IMG/VR virus record: IMGVR_UViG_2030936005_000025
Coordinates: 32,001 to 96,000 of that record
Strand: one strand, 5' to 3'
DNA from: a virus
Taxonomy: Duplodnaviria > Caudoviricetes
DNA length: 64,000 nucleotides
Every line of letters starts with the position of its first letter. Position 1 is the first letter of the stretch. A program made the position numbers and the translations under genes. The notes under the pieces were generated by a model. That model was not told where the DNA came from, did not search any database, and saw only the letters and a program-made list of their open reading frames with translations. Shown here in pieces: positions 1 through 11,500 of this stretch.

Positions 1-198
1 ATCACCAACATCCGTATGCAGGCTGTAGGCCTCGATCTGCCGTACAAGACGACCTCTAACCCAATCCCATGGATCAATGGTTGGCTGGTCTCTGACAACG
101 TTCAGGTGGCTCCTCAGGAGGTAGAAGTATCCTCTTATCTGGTTGGCCAGATTGATGCCGATGTTAATACCGATGACTTCGACAACTTCCAGCTGTAG
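1..198 (+). CDS. nrdB: Ribonucleotide reductase class Ia beta subunit, C-terminal part (5' truncated by window)
   Basis: Frame open from base 1 ([14 protein letters not shown]...[33 protein letters not shown]...FQL*); closely matches the E. coli NrdB C-terminus as I recall it. Confidence 0.95.
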   Translation: MTNIRMQAVGLDLPYKTTSNPIPWINGWLVSDNVQVAPQEVEVSSYLVGQIDADVNTDDFDNFQL

Positions 199-207
199 TA
201 GATAACT

Positions 208-237
208 TAGAGAGCTGGGGATTACCCTGGCTCTCTA
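208..237 (+). terminator. Hairpin after nrdB, probable intrinsic terminator
   Basis: tagagagc...gctctcta inverted repeat just after the stop codon. Confidence 0.6.
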
Positions 238-282
238 GGAATCATTTGCTTAGCGATTACAGTTTCATATATAAGAGGGTTT

Positions 283-2433
283 ATGAATAGTCAAAAGACA
301 GCGTCCGTTGGTGGACGTGACATTTATTTGCGTGCAGACGGTGCGCTGACAGGTGACATTTTAACCGTCGCTTGTTTGATTGTCTGGGCTGATGATAAAT
401 CACCAATTGAAGGTTTAGATATTTATCGTCGTATGTTGGCGGGCAATGTTCTTCCTTCTGGTGATCTGAGTTCTTTCAATGAGTACTATGATCAACTGAC
501 CGGTACTTATTGGTTTGATATCAAAGTACGTCCTATTACTGAACCTACTGATGTGGTAATTCAAGCACGTGGGTTTGTTCATGGGACTGAGATTCCCGTT
601 CTGTTTGAAATGCATATTCCAGGTCCCTCTCCATTAGTGGTGAGTCCAATTACCTTTGACGGTAATATCATGCGTTTTGAAATCGGTAACACTTCAGGTA
701 AACTGCTTCAGTATCCGCTCTCGGTGAAAGCTGTACGCGAGATCGACGGTAACGCTGCTGCACTACCTTCTAAACAGAAACGCATTCCCTATGCCTTCTA
801 TACACCAATTAACAACGGCCAGGTAGAAACCTTCGCAGTAATGGGTATGGCAGAAGTGGACGGCGTTAAACACAACTGGGTTGCTCGTACTGAAATCAAA
901 ACCAATGATGGTGAACTGTCATTGGAGCAGAAAGGTGAAAACCTGCTGGGTGTATCTGTTAAGCTGGCTAACCCGAAAGCCACTACCGAAATTAACTTAC
1001 CCGTGAAGTTTGAACTGGGTGACGGAACTTACGGTATCGCGAATCAGGTTCATGATTATAATCAGATCGATGATGTTGTTTATTTCGACATCCCACTTTC
1101 TGATATCAAAGATCAGACCAGTGTGAAAGTTTCATTCCACCTGAATGAAACCAGCAACAGTAATGCACCAATCTTCCTGATGGGTCAAGCACCGGTAAAA
1201 CGCTGGAGCAATGGTCAGTCTAAAATCAAGATTGAAATTGACAGCCATACTTTCAAGCGCAATGTTGATACCTTATATGCACATGTGTTCTGGGAAGACG
1301 GTACGCCAGTAAAAGGTTTCCGTTTAAAGAACATTACTCCGGAATGTCATTCTGGTGTTAAAGGTAATCAGATCATCTTGTCCCGTAAGTTTGTTCCTAA
1401 TCAACACAAAGAGAATAAACTGACCCTGGGTGCAACGGTTGACCTGACTCCGTTTGGTATCGAAGAAGAAACGTCATTCGAAGACATACTGTCAATCGGT
1501 AGCGACATTCTGCCTATTCGTGTGGTTTCGGGTTTGGGTACAGTGCTGGGTGATGAAGTTCATTTCAATATTGCTGTCCGTCAGAATAACGGTGATATCT
1601 TCAACGATGCCGTACTGGATGTGTTTAACGCCAATGCGAAGATTAAAAATCAGAGCTATGACAAAGACAGCGGTATTGTTTCATTCACTGTTCCCAATAC
1701 TGCGATTAACGTTATTGATGAACGTGCCAATGTGGCAACCAAGTTCACGGTAACAACGGATGAAGCTTTGCAGGGAACGTTTAATGGAACTATCAAAATT
1801 GATGTTCCTTATACCATCAAAGCAGATCTTCCTATTTGGAAATATCGTCGTGACCAACTGACCGGCAGAATTTATATTGATGCAACGTGGGTGTTAAAAG
1901 GTAGTGATGGTAACTATCCAAATACAGCCAACATTGCCGATGTAAAACTCAACGGGATGGGTGTAACAGACTACAAGAAAAGTTACAACCAGTCATTTGG
2001 TGCGTTATCTCTTTCATTCCCTGTTAGTCTTCAGCCTGGTGGCATGCTTTATGTATCTGCTACTGCCAGTGCATCAGGTTTGGGTAATTTCTTTAACCTT
2101 CCTGCTTTGGACAGCCGATATCGTGAGCCAGGTACTGTTCGGTACGTGAATCATGAATTCACTGAAGACAATAAAGTAAAAGTCTTCTTTGATGTTCAGG
2201 GTTGGGATAGTTTACCTCCTGCCGAAGTCCAGATCGAAGATAACTCCTGGAACCGAGTTGAAGGCGTTAAGTATGGGAAGTCGTATTCTGAATACGATCC
2301 AAAGAAAGGCGTGTTGATGGTTCAGTTTGATTTGTTTGATCCGAATGCTCCGGTGTTCAAAGGTGAGACGTCAATGAAGTTGAACTATGCTGACATGACG
2401 ACGTATCCAATCAGTTTCTCCTTTACCAAATAA
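283..2433 (+). CDS. 716-aa beta-rich protein of about seven ~100-aa Ig-like modules, probable virion/fibre protein
   Basis: Long ORF with SD-like gaggg; alternating hydrophobic beta-strand pattern recurring about every 100 aa; sits upstream of the fibre cluster. Confidence 0.6.
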   Translation: MNSQKTASVGGRDIYLRADGALTGDILTVACLIVWADDKSPIEGLDIYRRMLAGNVLPSGDLSSFNEYYDQLTGTYWFDIKVRPITEPTDVVIQARGFVHGTEIPVLFEMHIPGPSPLVVSPITFDGNIMRFEIGNTSGKLLQYPLSVKAVREIDGNAAALPSKQKRIPYAFYTPINNGQVETFAVMGMAEVDGVKHNWVARTEIKTNDGELSLEQKGENLLGVSVKLANPKATTEINLPVKFELGDGTYGIANQVHDYNQIDDVVYFDIPLSDIKDQTSVKVSFHLNETSNSNAPIFLMGQAPVKRWSNGQSKIKIEIDSHTFKRNVDTLYAHVFWEDGTPVKGFRLKNITPECHSGVKGNQIILSRKFVPNQHKENKLTLGATVDLTPFGIEEETSFEDILSIGSDILPIRVVSGLGTVLGDEVHFNIAVRQNNGDIFNDAVLDVFNANAKIKNQSYDKDSGIVSFTVPNTAINVIDERANVATKFTVTTDEALQGTFNGTIKIDVPYTIKADLPIWKYRRDQLTGRIYIDATWVLKGSDGNYPNTANIADVKLNGMGVTDYKKSYNQSFGALSLSFPVSLQPGGMLYVSATASASGLGNFFNLPALDSRYREPGTVRYVNHEFTEDNKVKVFFDVQGWDSLPPAEVQIEDNSWNRVEGVKYGKSYSEYDPKKGVLMVQFDLFDPNAPVFKGETSMKLNYADMTTYPISFSFTK

Positions 2434-2437
2434 CATA

Positions 2438-2469
2438 TAGAACTTCTGGGGTCATTCCCAGAAGTTCTA
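2438..2469 (+). terminator. 13-bp-stem hairpin
   Basis: tagaacttctggg-gtcatt-cccagaagttcta directly after the stop codon. Confidence 0.75.
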
Positions 2470-2554
2470 GTTATATTGTAGGGCGTTTCGAATCTTTTGC
2501 TTTAGTATGTATTTTTGACCTTAGATTATTTATTCATGTATAGGAGTCTGTCGC

Positions 2555-5500
2555 ATGGCAGAGTTGATTAAAGTTAATAAGAAAGTTATTAACGATCCAC
2601 TCTTCACGCCAGTCATTGCTTTCTTGAAAGAGCGTATTGCGAATCTTGAAATCAATGGACCGGAAGATGAGTTAGCATTATCCAAGCAGCGTTATGACGG
2701 CTTGGTGGCTGGCGATCTCGTTATTGAGAGTGCTGTCCGTTTTCCTGATAATGTCGTTCGTGTTTGTATCATTTCTCGTAAGACGGGCTTTGCTCGTGTA
2801 GACCTTGATATCAAGTACGCTAAGATGAAAGACATCTTAGAAGACTTTACTGTTCCTCTGGTAGAGATTGAAGATGTCGACCATCTGAAAACTTATGTCA
2901 AAGCGAACAGTGACATCGAACCGACTTTGCTATACCTGAAGTATAAAGACACTTACGGTGTTCTGATCACTCAGGATCAAGCGAAGACCCACGAAGGTCC
3001 GATGACTGCTTTCGGTAACTTGTTCTTCGAGAACTATACCACAACTCGTGAGAGCTTGAACTCGATCGATTGGGAAAGTCTTGAGTGCGGTACCGTTACC
3101 ATTACTGACCCGTCATTTGGTCAGGGTGTTTATCCGCTGTTCATTTATGAACTGGTTTTAGCTGAAGCCCAGCTTCCTGAAATCACCTCAAACCTGCCGA
3201 CTTCTATTACCAGTCGTCGTGGTGAAACCTTTGATATCCCGAACACTTACTGGTTCGCGGGCACTCAGGACATTACCACTACCGCCACGGTTGAACTCAG
3301 TACCAAGTTAGGTTACGCCAACCTTGAGCGTTCTTCTGACTTACTGCAGATCGACGGTGAAACCATCTATGGTTCTGCTGATCAAGAAATCACAGACACC
3401 ATCGTTGTGCGTGTGTCGTATGACTGGAACGGTAAGTTAGTTCGTAAGAACTTCTATATCGAACTGAAGATCGAGAAAGATTTACCCAGTGAATTGGTGA
3501 TCACTTCTGTTCCAACGGAAGTTAAAGCAACCAGCGGTGATATCGTTGAGCTGACCCTGACAGCTAAGCTGCGCGGTGACAAGGTTGAGATTCTCATCCC
3601 ACCAACTATGCTGCGTTCTCAGAAAGGTTTCGGTAACCTGGCTTATGTTAAAACTAACAAAGACCTGACCATGGTGTATCGTGGCAAGGTTAATGTGAGT
3701 TGGCCAAGGGATGTGGAACAAGTTGCTGATCTTTGGTATGCAGAGTTTAGTTATAACGATGCTGGTACCATTATCAAGAACACGGCCTACATCAACTCGA
3801 TTCTGGTTAAGCCTGAAACACTACCTGCCTTTACTGTGACTGGCGTTCCAACTCTGTTACAGGGTTACAAGAACCAGACCGGTAAATACAAACCTACTGT
3901 CATGTACGGTGAGCAAGAGATCGCTCTGACCCAAGTACAAATTGACACCGGGGTGCAGGGTAGTAAACAACTGGTTGATATTACCGAAGTCACTGATGCG
4001 GGTGTGAGTTGGAAACTGATTGATGATTCTCAGACTCCAGGAACAGCAATCCGTGATAGTTTCACTCAGACTTATGAGTGGCTGGATCCTCGCGGTGTAC
4101 TGCAAACCAAAAGCTTTGTTATCCAAGTAAACGTTTTACTGGATTCCATCGTTGAACTGGTTCCGGTTCCCCCACAACCTCGTAATGTGGTTCGTTATCA
4201 GACCGGTGGTCCAACCTTTACTTTCATGGTAAACGGTACCCCACGTTCTGGTTTGATTCGCACTATACGGGTTGATCCAATTGCGGATCCAAAGAAACAG
4301 TACATCGTTAACAACCCGAAAGCAAACAACCAATGGATGGTTGCGCTGGCAGATGAAACAGGTCCTGTGGATTACACAGCGAACTTCACAATCACTGCTC
4401 TGGTTGATGGTGTTATCAAGACGTACAAGTTCCCGCAAGAGTTTATCATTGCTAAATATGTGCCGGGTACTAACGACACGGGTAGCAATACTGGTCCTGG
4501 CGGGAATACCGGTCCTACAGATCCAACCAGTCCTGGCGGTGAGGGTAACCCAAATAGCCCAGGTAGTGGGGATGGTCCTTACAACACCAATATCAAAGCT
4601 GAACCTCTGTCGTACAGCATCGGTGATAAAGGTGAGAAGTCTGCTAAGTTAACCTTTAAGGTTCTTGAAGGTACGACTGATATTACCGCAGATTGCCATC
4701 TGTTAACCGAGTCGACAGTCACTCCATCTAACGTTTCGTTTGATAACCTCACGTATGACGCTGACAACAACGTCTTTGTGGTGGACTATACCAAACTGGG
4801 TAAAGGTCAGAGTGAAGGTGCGGTATTTGCTTGTAAGAAAGCAGATGCTAATCCAGCTAAGGTTGATATCGCTCGTATTTGGATTAACACCAAAATTGGT
4901 ATAGGTGATGGCCCCCCAGTTGACGACAGCGATCCAGACAACCCTGGTGGTGGTCCTGCTCCTGGTGAAACTGGCACAGGTCCTGGTGGTAGCACTGGCC
5001 CAACCGATCCAACTGAACCGGGTGGCGATCAGAACCCTGATAGTCCTGGTGAAGGCGACGGTCCGTATAACGCCGATATCACTGCGGTTCCAACTTCGTT
5101 CACTATTGGTGGTGAATCGGATAAGAACTATAAGATGTCCTTCAAGATCTTCCAAGGTACGGAAGACGTTACTGCTAAATCTGAGATCATGTCAGATTAC
5201 ACAGTACTCCCTGAATTCGTCACATTGAACCCTATCACTTACGATGCGACCAACAATGTGTTCGTGATGACCTACACCAAAGATAAAGGTGGTGAGTCTC
5301 AGGGTGCGATCTTTGCTAAGCTGAAAGCGACGCAGAATCCGACCAAGAAAGAGATTGCACGTGTTTGGCTGAACGTCAACATTACGCAAACTAAAATCTT
5401 GAAAGTCATCAACCCACCAAAATCCATTAACTTGGATGTGGGCGTTGGAAATGATTTCCCGCTGACAGTGGAGTTCTCTGGTAAAGAGATCAATCTGTTA

Positions 5501-8500
5501 GAACCTGGTCTTACCATCGAGAAGACACCGGTCACCGACACCCGTATTGAGGTCATTGATCTTAACGCGATTCTGTTGATGAACGATACCTGGTCTTACG
5601 TTGGTACGACAAATAAAGAAGTGTCTGGCTTCAAGTTAACTTATGTTGACCCAGAAGACAAAAAGGAATACACCACCAGTTTCCCATTTGACATCTATGT
5701 GACTTATCCTGCACTGGAATTAAAGTACACTGGACCTCAAGAGATCAATGCAAAGATCTGGGATACCGGAACGTTCCCGATTCAGTTGATCGCGGGAACC
5801 AAGGATTTCACTTCTTCTATTGTTGCGACCAGTGTAGTAACGGGTAAGAAATATGTTTCTGTCAACAAACTCGATTGGGATGTGATTCTTGCTGAATCTA
5901 CAGCAACCTCTCAGATTGTTGGTTTGAACATTGGCTGGCGTGTTGGTAAATCTAGCGGTAACTTCCCTGCTGACTTCAAGTTTAACTTGGCGGCTTGGGA
6001 TGGTATTACTTTCGCAGAAACCGCTCACAGCCCGGAAAAGATCGAAGGTGCTTCTGGCGACAAAGGCGAATTCACTGCCTCCTTTATCTATAAAGGTAAA
6101 GATGCCACAGCCACCACAAAGTTTGACAAAGCAAGTTCCACTATCCCTGATACGGTGATTCTGGGTACTCCAGCTTACGACGCAGATAAAGGTCTGGTGA
6201 TTCCTTACGAGTTGACGCTCGGCGGTGACTTCCCAATGACACTTGTTTTTGTTTCACCTTCTGACCCTGACATGACTGTCTCTATTAATGTTGACACGTC
6301 CGTGGCATGGCCTGACGATATTAACATCGTTAATAAAGGTGATAACGTTCGTGGGTATTGGAATGACTCGGTTACCTATCCACTGGTAATCAACGTTGCA
6401 GGTACGCCGGTTAATTTAACCGATGCTAACCTCAGCTTGAATTTCAGTTCAGGTGATGATAATCCGATTGAGCTGACGGAAGCCAAAGAAACAAGTCTGA
6501 TCTTGTTACTGGCCAAAGGTGGTGATCTGGGTACGTCCTACGATTACACCATCACGATTGACTTGGAATATACCAATCAGGCAACTGGTAAAGTGTACAA
6601 CAAGCAGATCGAAGTTCCTGCTACCATTCGTGTTCCTGATGTGAAGGCGACGAATAACCCGACCATCAATGCCAATGTGTTCGACATCGGTAAGATTCCA
6701 GTTACGCTGGTTGATGAGCGCGGTAAAACGATTGAAATCACCAAGTGGGGATTATCGGGCGCAGGTACTAACGTCATTCTCATGGATCCTAGCAACTGGT
6801 ACATCACTAACGGTTCAACCATTGGTTCTGTTCCAGGTGAGCTTCCACTTCGTCTGGGTTACACCATGGGCGGTGTTGAGCGCACTATTGATGTGCTCGA
6901 GAAGTTTACCATTGCTAAGTGGGATGGAGTTTACTTCAAAGCTACTACCAAAGTTGTCAAGATTGAAGGCAACGGTGGTGACACTGGCGAGATTCCTTTT
7001 GAGTTTACTTATCAGGGTCTACCGAGTGTAGGTGTTACGCTTGATCGTAGTCGTTCAGATATTCCAGACAACATTGCCATTGGCGAGTTGGATGATGAGA
7101 ACAATCTGACCTACACCCTGTCTGGACAAGATGAGGGAGATCTCAAACTGTGCTTCGTTCGTCCTGATGCTATTGAACCAATGCAGGAAGGTCGTGACTA
7201 TGCACTGGTCTCGTTCTCTGTTAAGACGACGTCTACCAACTTACCGTTCACGCTGGAAAGCAGCGATAACAAAGTTGATGTGGATTGGGGTAAAACGGCA
7301 ACGGTGAAGTTCGTTGTTAAATACGGCGACAAAGTTGTTCCTAATGACACTCCAGGTCTGAAGATCACGCTGGCTGATGCTGCAGTGCATGGTATCAGTA
7401 TTCAGAAAGTGACCAAAGACGGCATTGAGATCAAAGGGATTCGCTCTGATGTAGCAGGTTCGACTAAGTCGTACGCTGAGACATTCAATGTGAGCTATGA
7501 AGTGGGTGCACCAGAACCTAAGCAGGTGTCTTTCGATACCACTGCTAATGTGAGTATGGGTGCTGCGACCATCTTCAACAACAACGATGTCAAAGTTAAG
7601 ATTTGGGACACGGGTTCATTCGCACAGGTCGTGCAGTTCAATGGTATCACGTTGAACACCATCGATCACTTCGAAATTCAGAACAGTGCCGATAATAAAT
7701 ATATCGAAGTCACCCCTCCTCGCGGTTATGAAGTTATTGGTGCTGAGATTGCTACTGGATCTCAGGAAATCCCAATGACGGTTTACTACCGTGTTGATGG
7801 AACCACTGAGTTGCAGAAGTTAGACTTTAAAGCCACCTTCACCATTACTGGCTCAACGTCTGTACGATTCAAGGTCACACCAAGCCCAACCAAAGTTGAG
7901 GGTTCTCTCAACAATGAATCTGTGGTGCGTTGCACACCTATCTATAAAGACAAACCAGTTGGCGGACGTGCTACCTTCAAACCTGCACTTTCTACCATTC
8001 CTCCTCAGTTAACACTGAAAGATTTTAAAGTGGTCAACAATGACTACGTTATTACTTTCGTGGGTGCTAAAGGCGGTCTGGCAACAATGGACTTGGTCTT
8101 CTGGGCTCCAGATGTCACTGATCCACCGAAAGCACGTGATGTTGCTACTGCAACGTTTGATGTTAAAGTCATGGGTGAATTGGGACTTGAGATCGGTACA
8201 CGTGACAACCTGCTTACAGGTAAGAACGCAGACACCGGTACTTATCGTCTCCAGATCTTGTTTGGTGGTATTCCGATCGATGCTGCAGCAGATATTGCTT
8301 CAGGTAATCTGACTGCCACAAGGGAAGCAGGTGTTCCTTCGTCGATGAACGCTAACGTGATCACGATTGATAAATGGAACGCAGAGTCCTACGACTACAC
8401 CTTGGCTGGTTGTGTACAACCTAACGCAACAGTGAACGTATCCGATTTCATCAACTTGACTTATAAGTACGGTGGAACGAACTATACACGTCGCGTTGAG

Positions 8501-11500
8501 ATTCCTCTGAAGTATACCAGTAGCACGCCTGATTTCACCGGCTGGCCAACTGCGTACCTCAAGGTCTTCTCTAAAGGGACATTGTCACCAACCGTGAAAT
8601 GTGATGGGGTAACTATTAACGGTATCAACTCTATTGCCAACTATGGCGATACGGATGACGCTTATGTGACCCTGGGTGGAACAACTAAGCAATATGAGAT
8701 CTTTAACGGCGACACCGTCGATATTACTCATTTGGTTCATGCTCGTGTTATCGGTCTTTACCGTAACTGGACCTGGACTGCTGAAATTGACATTCCATTC
8801 AACATCCTGGCTTGGAACCAAAGAACCTGGGATCCGACATTATCGGGTGCTCCTTGGTCAGTGTATATGGACCTCACCGGTACAGCGACTCGTCAGGTTA
8901 ACTTGACGGCGTATTACCGCAATGGGCTTTACTCTGGGTTCTCAAGTAAAACAGGTGATTTGATTTACCGAGATAAGACTGATCTTCTTGGTTTAGTTGG
9001 TCTGGATTATTCAGCGTATGCATCCGCAACCACCCAGTTCTACCGGATGACTGCGAAGAAACCTGGAAAGGGAACATTAAAACTCTCCTTCCGCAATCCT
9101 GAAAGCACAACTGTTCCAGGTAAAGAAGGTGTGGATTACACCAACGTTGATTATGACGTTGAGGTAAAAGAAAACACACTGATTGGATCCACATCGGGCA
9201 CACCTACCGGTGGTAATGGCGATACTGCTACTATTACCTTGGTTGTTCGTCAGGAATCCAACAACAGTCAAATCCAAAACACTAACCAGTATTTGGAAAT
9301 TGCAACGGTTAATGAAGATGTGTTTAAAATCACATCGAAAGCTGCAAGTACGATTACTGTTCTGGTAACGGCACCGCTCTCTGTTCCTGATGGCGTTGTG
9401 AATGTTCCGATGACCTTTAAGTACACCGACCCTAACACTGGGTTTGTGACCAAAGGTACGTTTGACTATCCGTTTATCATTAAGCGTCCTTCTGATTATC
9501 CAACTGTGCGTCAGACTAACACAGTGCAGACTTACCGTCTGTTCGACTATGGACCTAACCCGTTCACAGTAACTTCAGAAGGCCAGAACGTTAGTGCTAA
9601 AGTTATCCCGATCTCCTGTAATGATACCATTAGCGCTGGAGTCGGAACAGGCAACCAACCTCCTTATATGGAGATGTCTTACAACGATCCGGTTGATGGT
9701 AACTGGTTCTGGATTACTAAGGTGTTCAATGTTAGTCAATCCCAGGGTCGTGTAAGTGAGTGGGTCATTCGTGTCCCTTATCGTGGCTCAACGGTTGATA
9801 TTACCGCACGGTTCAGTTATAACCTGTATGGCGGAACCAACATTACTGAGTTCTACGTTGCTGCTAACCAAAGCAAGTTCTTGACAATGAAGGTAGGTGA
9901 CCAAGTCACTCTTCCATTCACCATCAAGTATCGTAACCTTGCCTACGGTAAAGCGGTATTCAAGCCTGATGCAGTCGCCACAGAACAGGGTTATCCTACT
10001 CCGTTCAGTGAAAACTATAAGTTCATCAAGCAAGAATATGATCCTTCAACTCAATTGACGAACATTACCTTTGAGGTTGTGAAGTTAAATCTCAATGCAA
10101 CAGTACCGTTTATCTTTGACTTGAAAGCTGATCAAACTAACCCAGTGATGAACAGTAACCGCGGACTTGGTTTTTCCGTTGCTTATGGTTTAACGATTAC
10201 CCCATCGACAGATAACATCTGGAACATGTGGCAAACTCGTTTCCTGAGCGGCATGGTTTCTATCAAGGATGGTAGCACCGAACTGGTTTCAAGCTGTACA
10301 GTTCTGTCAGTAAGCAGCCCACTGTTCGTACAACAAAGTACCGGGGTCAACCCACGCTTTGCATTGCAGAGTGATGTGGCAATACCTGCTCAGAAACTTG
10401 ATGTTGTTTATGAGATTCAGCTGCCTGCAGCTTATTTCAATACGGTTATCAAAGTAACGATTCCAGCAAACATCAATGAGTATGACGGTGTTGAGTTCTA
10501 TATCGAACGTAATGGTAGTGGTCCAAGCTGGCCAGTTGCGGCGATCGGTAGCACTAAAGTTGCGGTTGACTATCTGTGGTGTTATTACCGTGGTTCTCGT
10601 ATGACTGCTAGTTTAATCCCTAGTCAGGTGACGAGTACAACGGCTGCATTAAGAGAAAAGAACAAGGATGTGGATGGCGGTTCTGGATTAATTTGGAATG
10701 GGATGTCGTACAATACCAGCTCCAACCTTCAGTTCCTGAGTTTCTCATCTGGCAGACAGATTAACGGTAAAGATGTTGTCTTCCCGATCGACTATAAAGG
10801 TCCGGGATATGATAATTACCCAGTAGGAACTAAAGGCAAGAACTACTTTGAGTATACGGTACCTGCTGCTAAGTTCTACGAGAATGCACTTTATCCTTAT
10901 CCATCGGACAAAGTGATTGATCAAGTACAAGGGTCTAAAGGGGATCGTGTTAACGTTCCAATTACCTTTACTGTGGGTAAAGACTTCACCGACAACCCAA
11001 TACTTCCAGGAAACCTGACAAGTTGGGTAATCATCAATGCCAGCGATTTAGCCGGTGTGGTGAGCAAGCCATCGAGTAACCCGAACACAGCAACGGGAAT
11101 TGTTCTTCAGGTTAACTTGGATAACCGTGGTGACGATGTTCTTGTAAATGTACCTATCCGCTTTACCTATAACACCACATATCGTGGGACTTCTATTAAC
11201 AGCTCTGTCGACATGACTGTTCCGCTGTTAATTAAAGGTACAGGGACAGGCGATCAGGTTGTTGTAACACCAGGCACTTTTACAAACTCTCGTGTGTGGG
11301 ATGTCAGTGGGCCAGCGTTGGCAATCACCGTTAACGGCGTGGCAATCACTTACAATCAGATTACCGATATTCAGATTGCTCCTAATCCGTATATCCGTCG
11401 GCCTGAGGTCAACCCTAATACGACAAGTCGTTGGTTTGAGATCTACAATGGTAAAACAGATGGACCGACGCAAACGACCGCAACGTTCACTGTGACGTTT

